In this document: piece after piece, positions 58,834-64,000 of the stretch | How positions within the stretch are numbered: the first letter of the stretch is position 1 | Layout: each line of letters opens with the position of its first letter | Source of the DNA: Myxococcota bacterium | Lineage (GTDB): Bacteria; Myxococcota_A; UBA9160; UBA6930 | DNA length: 64,000 nucleotides | Direction of reading: 5' to 3' | Assembly (NCBI GenBank): GCA_965223415.1 | Contig: OZ245002.1 | Coordinates: 2,272,001 to 2,336,000, forward strand | The notes under the pieces: generated by a model | Seen by the model: only the letters and a program-made list of their open reading frames with translations | Told to the model about the DNA's origin: nothing | The model's database searches: none | Made by a program: the position numbers and the translations under genes

Positions 58834-58839
58834 TTCGGG

Positions 58840-60012
58840 GTGCCCGCCGCTACCCCCGCGCTCGACGGCGTCCTCGTGCTCGACTTCTCCACGGTCGGCC
58901 CGGGCTCCCGCTGCACGCGCATCCTGGCGGACTACGGCGCCACGGTGGTCAAGGTGGGCGTGCCGCCGAACAAGGCCGCCCTGCAGACCCAGCCCGCCTT
59001 CTGGGCCTACTCCGCCAATCGCGGCCTGCGCCAGGTGCGCCTCGACCTGAAGGACGCGGACGCGAAGGCGGCCTTCCTGCGGCTGGCGGCGACGGCGGAC
59101 GTGATCCTGGAGAGCTTCCGCCCGGGCGTGGTCGATCGGCTGGGGATCGGCTTCGAAGACGTGCGGAGGGTCAACCCGCGCATCGTCTTCTGCTCGACCA
59201 GCGGCTACGGGCAGGACGGGCCGGCCGCCCGCTGGGCCGGACACGACATCAACTACCTCGCCATGGGCGGCTACCTCGCCTGCACGGAGCCCGGCAAGGG
59301 CGGCAAGCCGCCGATCCCCGGCGCCACCATCGCCGACAGCACGGCCGGCGGCATGCACGCGGCGCTAGCGATCATGGCCGCGTTGCTGCGACGGGAGAAG
59401 ACCGGGGAGGGCGAACTCCTCGACGTGTCCGTCGCCGACGGCGTGCTGACCCTGATGTCCCTCTACGTCGACCAGCACCTGGCCACTGGCGCCCAGCCCG
59501 GCCCGGGCCACGACGTGCTGACCGGGCGCTACGCCTACTACGACACCTACGCGTGCGCGGACGGGAAGTGGGTGGCCGTGGGCGCGATCGAGCCGCCCTT
59601 CTACGCGAACCTCTGCAAGGCGCTGGGCTGCGAGCAGTGGCAGGGGCACCAGAACGACGACGCGGTGCAGGACCGGGTGCGCGCCGACTTCGCCGCCGCG
59701 TTCCGTCGCCGCAGTCGCGACGAGTGGGTCGCTGAGCTGGCGCCTGCGGATACGTGCGTCGCGCCCGTCTACGAGATCGCCGAGCTGGTGAACGATCCCC
59801 AGTTCCGCGCCCGCGGCGCCTTCGCCGAGGCGAAGCACGCGACCGAGGGTGCCTTCGAGCAGCTCGCGCCCGTGCTGGCCGGGCAGACGCGCGCCGACGG
59901 GCCCGTCCCGGCCGGTGACGCGACCCGAAGCGATACCGAGGAGCTGCTCCGCGAGGCGGGCCTAGGCTCGGAAGAAATCCATGCGCTCCGCGAACGCGGC
60001 GCCATCGCCTGA
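58840..60012 (+). CDS. Family III CoA transferase (AMACR-like)
   Basis: ESFRPGVVDRLG, SGYGQDGP, GHDINY, GAIEP. Confidence 0.92.
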   Translation: MPAATPALDGVLVLDFSTVGPGSRCTRILADYGATVVKVGVPPNKAALQTQPAFWAYSANRGLRQVRLDLKDADAKAAFLRLAATADVILESFRPGVVDRLGIGFEDVRRVNPRIVFCSTSGYGQDGPAARWAGHDINYLAMGGYLACTEPGKGGKPPIPGATIADSTAGGMHAALAIMAALLRREKTGEGELLDVSVADGVLTLMSLYVDQHLATGAQPGPGHDVLTGRYAYYDTYACADGKWVAVGAIEPPFYANLCKALGCEQWQGHQNDDAVQDRVRADFAAAFRRRSRDEWVAELAPADTCVAPVYEIAELVNDPQFRARGAFAEAKHATEGAFEQLAPVLAGQTRADGPVPAGDATRSDTEELLREAGLGSEEIHALRERGAIA

Positions 60013-60023
60013 ACGGAGGAGAG

Positions 60024-60530
60024 ATGTCGGACCTACCGGCGGAAGTCGAGAGCTGGATCGGAGAGCGTCGCTACGAGGAGTGGGGCGAGTTCGAGGTGGA
60101 GAAGGGCTACGTTTTCACCTCCTGCTCGTCGGTGCAGAACGGCAACCCGCTCTTCTGGGACGAGAAGGTCGCCAACGAGATCACCGACGGCCCGATCGCG
60201 CCGCCCTCGATGATCTCGGTGTGGTTCCGGCCGCACTACTGGTCGCCGGGTCGCACCGAGGAGGCGGTGCCCATGCAGCTCCACTTCGACCTGAAGGAGA
60301 AGCTGGGCCTTCCCGAGGCCGTGATGACCGACAACACCATCACCTTCTACGAGCCCGTCCGCATCGGCGACCGCCTGAAGACCGTGCAGATCCTGCGCTC
60401 GGTCAGCGATCCCAAGACCACCAAGCTCGGCACCGGTCGCTTCTGGGTGCTGGACATGGAAATCTCGAACCAGATTGGTGAGCTCTGCGCGATCGAGAGC
60501 TACACCGGCTACGGATACAAGAGGGGCTGA
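60024..60530 (+). CDS. MaoC/FAS1-like hot-dog dehydratase subunit
   Basis: GNPLFWDE, IAPPSM, PVRIGDRL, KTTKLGTGRF. Confidence 0.82.
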   Translation: MSDLPAEVESWIGERRYEEWGEFEVEKGYVFTSCSSVQNGNPLFWDEKVANEITDGPIAPPSMISVWFRPHYWSPGRTEEAVPMQLHFDLKEKLGLPEAVMTDNTITFYEPVRIGDRLKTVQILRSVSDPKTTKLGTGRFWVLDMEISNQIGELCAIESYTGYGYKRG

Positions 60531-61024
60531 TGATGGACGCCAACGGACCCACCCTGGAGCAGGTCGAGGTCGGCAGCGAGCTGCCGGAGCTCTCCATCGA
60601 TGTCACGCCCACGACCGTCGTGCTCGGCGCCCTCGCCACCCGCGATTGGCGGCCCATGCACCACGACAAGGACTTCGCCGTCGAGCGCAACGGCGTGCGG
60701 CACGTCTTCATCAATACGCCCCACAACGCGGCCTACTTCGAGCGTTACATCACCGATTGGACCGGGCCGAAGGGGCGGCTCGGCAAGATCCAGTTCCGGA
60801 TGAGCGACTCGGTCTTCCCCGGCGACACCATGGTCTTCCACGGCAAGATCGAGGGGAAGGGCACCGACGACGTGGGCTGCGGCTGGGTCGACCTGGCCGT
60901 GTGGCTGACCGTCGGCGAGAAGACCACCACCAGCTGCAAGGCGCGGGTGGCCCTTCCCACCGACGGGCAGGACAACCCCTGGAAGCGCAAGGGCGCGGAC
61001 TGGAAGCCCGCTCCCGACGCCTGA
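60530..61024 (+). CDS. MaoC dehydratase, ChsH1-like
   Basis: GALATRDWRPMHHD catalytic motif, DWTGP. Confidence 0.85.
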   Translation: MMDANGPTLEQVEVGSELPELSIDVTPTTVVLGALATRDWRPMHHDKDFAVERNGVRHVFINTPHNAAYFERYITDWTGPKGRLGKIQFRMSDSVFPGDTMVFHGKIEGKGTDDVGCGWVDLAVWLTVGEKTTTSCKARVALPTDGQDNPWKRKGADWKPAPDA

Positions 61025-61030
61025 GGCTGC

Positions 61031-62149
61031 ATGGACCTGGCCTTCACCGAAGAGCAGCAGGCGCTGCGCGATCTGGCTCGCGATCTGTGCGAGGACCTCT
61101 GCCCCCTCGAGACGGTCCGGGCGATGGAGAGCGACCCGAAGGGGGTGCCCGAGGCGCTCTGGAAGCAGCTCGGCGAGCTGGGCCTCCTGGGCCTGCTCGT
61201 GCCCGAGGCCTTCGGCGGCGCCGGCCAGGGGATCCTCGACGCGGTCGTCCTCCACGAGGAGCTGGGGCGGGCCCTGGCGCCCGTGCCCGCCTTCGAGAGC
61301 GGCGTCGTCGGCGTCTCGGCCTTGCTCGCGGCCGGGAGCGAGGCGCAGCAGGGGGAGTGGCTGCCCCGGATCGCCTCCGGCGAGGCGATCCTCGCACCGG
61401 CCTGGCTCGAGCCCGGCGGCGGCTTCGGCGCCCGGGGCGTGCGCCTGCGCGCCGAACGCGCGGGCGATGGCTGGGTGCTCGACGGGGCCAAGCGCCACGT
61501 GCCCTTCGCGAGCAGCGCGACGCGGCTGCTCGTACTGGCCCGCAGCGGCGAGGCGGACGAGGAGGTGACGGCCTTCCTCGTCGATCCGGCGGCGCTCTCG
61601 CCCCGCCGGGTGGAGAGCCTCGGCTCCGACAGCCAGTTCGACGTCGCCTTCGACGGTGTCGCGGTCTCCGACGCCGATCGCCTGGGCGAGGTCGGCGCGG
61701 GCTGGCGGCTGTGGGAGCACGTCATGCACGACGCGATCGTCGTGCTTGCGGCTCGCGCGATGGGTGGCGCGCGCCGCGCCCTGGAGATGACGGTCCAGTA
61801 CGCCAAGGACCGCAAGCAGTTCGACAAGCCCCTGGGCGCCTTCCAGGCGATTTCCCATTACCTGGCGGACGCCCTGACGGCGATCGACGGTGGCACCACC
61901 CTCGTCTACGAGGCGGCCTGGGCGCGGGACCGGGGAAAGGACGTGGCGAGGCTCGCGCCGATGGCCAAGCTCTTCGCCTGCGACACCTTCCGCGACGTCA
62001 CGGCCACCTGCCAGCAGGTGTGGGGAGGCGTCGGCTTCACCATCGAGTACGACATCCAGCTCTTCTTCCGCAGGGCAAAACAGCTGCAGATCACCTGGTG
62101 GGACGCGAAGTTCCTGAAGGAACGGATCGCAGCCGACGTCCTCGACTGA
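61031..62149 (+). CDS. Acyl-CoA dehydrogenase family protein
   Basis: RKQFDKPLGAFQAISH, WGGVGFTIEYD. Confidence 0.9.
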   Translation: MDLAFTEEQQALRDLARDLCEDLCPLETVRAMESDPKGVPEALWKQLGELGLLGLLVPEAFGGAGQGILDAVVLHEELGRALAPVPAFESGVVGVSALLAAGSEAQQGEWLPRIASGEAILAPAWLEPGGGFGARGVRLRAERAGDGWVLDGAKRHVPFASSATRLLVLARSGEADEEVTAFLVDPAALSPRRVESLGSDSQFDVAFDGVAVSDADRLGEVGAGWRLWEHVMHDAIVVLAARAMGGARRALEMTVQYAKDRKQFDKPLGAFQAISHYLADALTAIDGGTTLVYEAAWARDRGKDVARLAPMAKLFACDTFRDVTATCQQVWGGVGFTIEYDIQLFFRRAKQLQITWWDAKFLKERIAADVLD

Positions 62150-62160
62150 CAGGAGTTCCC

Positions 62161-63405
62161 ATGCCCCATACCACCCCGCCCCTCGGCAGCCTGCGCGTGA
62201 TCGAGAGCTCGCTGCTCGGTCCCGGCGCCATCGGAACCCACCTGGCCGATCTCGGCGCCGAGGTGATCAAGGTCGAGTCGCCGTCCGGCGACTACATCCG
62301 CGAGATGACCTGGCCGATCATCGACGGCGTCTCGCTGCTGCACCTGCACGTGCACCGCGGGAAGAAGAGCATCACCCTCGACCTGCGCACGCCGGAGGGG
62401 GTGGACATCTACAAGGATCTCGTGCGCGGTGCCGACGTGGTGATCGAGGCGATGCGCCCCGGCGCCCTGGCCCGGCGCGGCCTCGGCTACGACGACCTGA
62501 AGCAGGTCAACCCGAAGATCGTCTTCTGCAACATCTCCGGCTACGGCGCCACGGGCCCCTACCGGGACCTCCCTTCCCACGGCATCGCCTTCGATACCTG
62601 GGGCGGCGTGGTGAAGGCCGAGGTCGACGAGGAGGGCTTCAGCGTCATCCCCGAGCACGCCTCGATCGGCATGCACGCTGGGCCGATGTTCGGCGCCCTG
62701 GGCATCCTGGCGGCGGTGATCCGCGCGCGAGAGACCAGCGAGGGCTGCGAGCTCGAGATCGGCCAGTCCGACTCCACCGCCTACATGGACTGGTATCGGA
62801 TCGAGTCCTGGATGGCCTACGAGCGCCCCGAGGACGTGGTCACCGGCAACAAGGCCGACGACTACGTGCGCCGCGCCCCCGGCACGGCGGGGATGAAGGA
62901 GGGCGTGCGTTACCAGATGTACGAGTCCTCCGATGGGCACGTGCTGTTCATGGCCTCCGAGCAGGCTTTCTGGAAGAACTTCTGCGAGTGCATCGGACGG
63001 CCCGAGCTGTTCGAGAAGTGGCCGGGCTCGAAATTCGCGGATCACGCGCGCGGGAACCGGGAGCTGCAGGCCATCCTGCGCGACGTGTTCAGAACGAAGA
63101 CCTCGGAAGAGTGGATCCGCCTGGGCGACGAGCAGGAGTTCCCGATCGCACCGGTCAACACCCCGAAGACGATCGCCGAGGACCCGCAGTTCCAAGAGCG
63201 CTTCCCGCTCTACCCCCACAAGGACCACGGGGCCGACATGCTGCCCTTCCCGGTGAAGTACCCGGGTGAGACCCTGCCGGCCCCGAGCTGGGCCCCGACC
63301 GTCGGCCAGCACACCGACCAGGTGATGACGAAGGTGCTGGGCTACGACGCCGACCGGCTGGCTCAGCTCCGCGAGAACGGCGCCTTCGGCAAGCCGAAGG
63401 CCTGA
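62161..63405 (+). CDS. Family III CoA transferase
   Basis: LADLGAEVIKVE, RGKKSITLDL, EAMRPG, APTVGQHT. Confidence 0.92.
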   Translation: MPHTTPPLGSLRVIESSLLGPGAIGTHLADLGAEVIKVESPSGDYIREMTWPIIDGVSLLHLHVHRGKKSITLDLRTPEGVDIYKDLVRGADVVIEAMRPGALARRGLGYDDLKQVNPKIVFCNISGYGATGPYRDLPSHGIAFDTWGGVVKAEVDEEGFSVIPEHASIGMHAGPMFGALGILAAVIRARETSEGCELEIGQSDSTAYMDWYRIESWMAYERPEDVVTGNKADDYVRRAPGTAGMKEGVRYQMYESSDGHVLFMASEQAFWKNFCECIGRPELFEKWPGSKFADHARGNRELQAILRDVFRTKTSEEWIRLGDEQEFPIAPVNTPKTIAEDPQFQERFPLYPHKDHGADMLPFPVKYPGETLPAPSWAPTVGQHTDQVMTKVLGYDADRLAQLRENGAFGKPKA

Positions 63406-63409
63406 GCCC

Positions 63410-63769
63410 GTGCCCGTCGGGCTCCGCATCGCCTCCGCCGTGATGACGGCCGTCTTCCTGCTCTCGGTCGCCGTCCAGTGGAACGATCCGGACCCGCTCT
63501 TCTGGATGACCGTCTACGGGTTGGCCGCCGCGCTCGCTGCGCTCGGCGCGGCGGGCCGCGTTCCCTTCGCGCCGAACGCGGCGGCCCTGGCGCTGTTCGC
63601 CGGCCTCCTGCTCGCGTGGCTGCCCAGCCTGGCCGAGAGCCGCCGCGAGGCCTTCATCTCCTTCGAGATGAAGGCCCCCGAAGACGAAGCGCCCCGCGAG
63701 ACCGGCGGCCTCTTCCTCTGCGCCCTCTGGTCCGCAGTGCTCACCCACCGGGCCCGGCTCTTGCGTTAG
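63410..63769 (+). CDS. Transmembrane 220 (TMEM220) family protein
   Basis: QWNDPDP..W..Y and RE.GGL motifs. Confidence 0.78.
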   Translation: MPVGLRIASAVMTAVFLLSVAVQWNDPDPLFWMTVYGLAAALAALGAAGRVPFAPNAAALALFAGLLLAWLPSLAESRREAFISFEMKAPEDEAPRETGGLFLCALWSAVLTHRARLLR

Positions 63770-63832
63770 AGGCCGGTTCCGTTCCTTGCGTTGCCGGTGT
63801 TGAGTTGGGGACCGGTTCCGTTTGTTAAGTTG
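63761..63832 (+). repeat. Two tandem REP-like repeat copies
   Basis: TTGCGTTAGAGGCCGGTTCCGTTCCTTGCGTTG and TTGAGTTGGGGACCGGTTCCGTTTGTTAAGTTG. Confidence 0.72.
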
Positions 63833-64000
63833 TCTCGAAGAGCTCGCGGAGCCGCGGCTTGACGACCTTGTTCATTGCGTTTCGGGGCAGCGCGTCGACG
63901 AAACGGATGGCCTCCGGGACCTTGTAGCGCGCGAGCCTCTCCCGCGTGTGCTCGCGGAGGGCCTCCTCGTCCGGGGTTTCGCCGGGCAGGGGCTGGACGA
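63825..64000 (-). CDS. AMP-binding acyl-CoA synthetase C-terminus (partial)
   Basis: RLARYKVPEAIRFVDALPRNAMNKVVK. Confidence 0.85.
   Translation of the reverse strand, partial: VQPLPGETPDEEALREHTRERLARYKVPEAIRFVDALPRNAMNKVVKPRLRELFETT

Noticed and set aside
25755..63832. Short repeats as a CRISPR array
   Set aside because: Dispersed and degenerate, with no regular spacers and no cas genes.

Overview
High-GC bacterial DNA, almost fully coding. I saw no rRNA, tRNA, CRISPR array or transposase. A PEP-CTERM protein suggests a diderm (Gram-negative) host, possibly Myxococcota/deltaproteobacterial (inference). The window is dominated by lipid/steroid acyl-CoA catabolism of a type usually studied in Actinobacteria: a KstR-like TetR repressor, a split Rv3521-like OB-fold pair, Ltp4/Ltp3 aldolases, an EchA19-like hydratase, several acyl-CoA dehydrogenases, a MaoC pair, CoA transferases, a P450, a ketosteroid-dehydrogenase-like flavoprotein and three LLM (probably F420-dependent) enzymes. 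Three copies of the mycobacterial KstR operator TnnAACnnGTTnnA are present. They lie upstream of kstR itself, between the fadE-echA19 operon and a serine-palmitoyltransferase-like gene, and between a fused indolepyruvate:ferredoxin oxidoreductase and an LLM gene. Also present: a TTQ amine dehydrogenase operon (mauBEDA plus cytochrome c, no mauG), a 185-bp MITE that appears to have split a gene from its RBS, a REP-like repeat family overlapping stop codons, a 31-bp perfect inverted repeat, a frameshifted PEP-CTERM gene and a decayed GNAT gene. All family calls come from motif recognition, not database searches.
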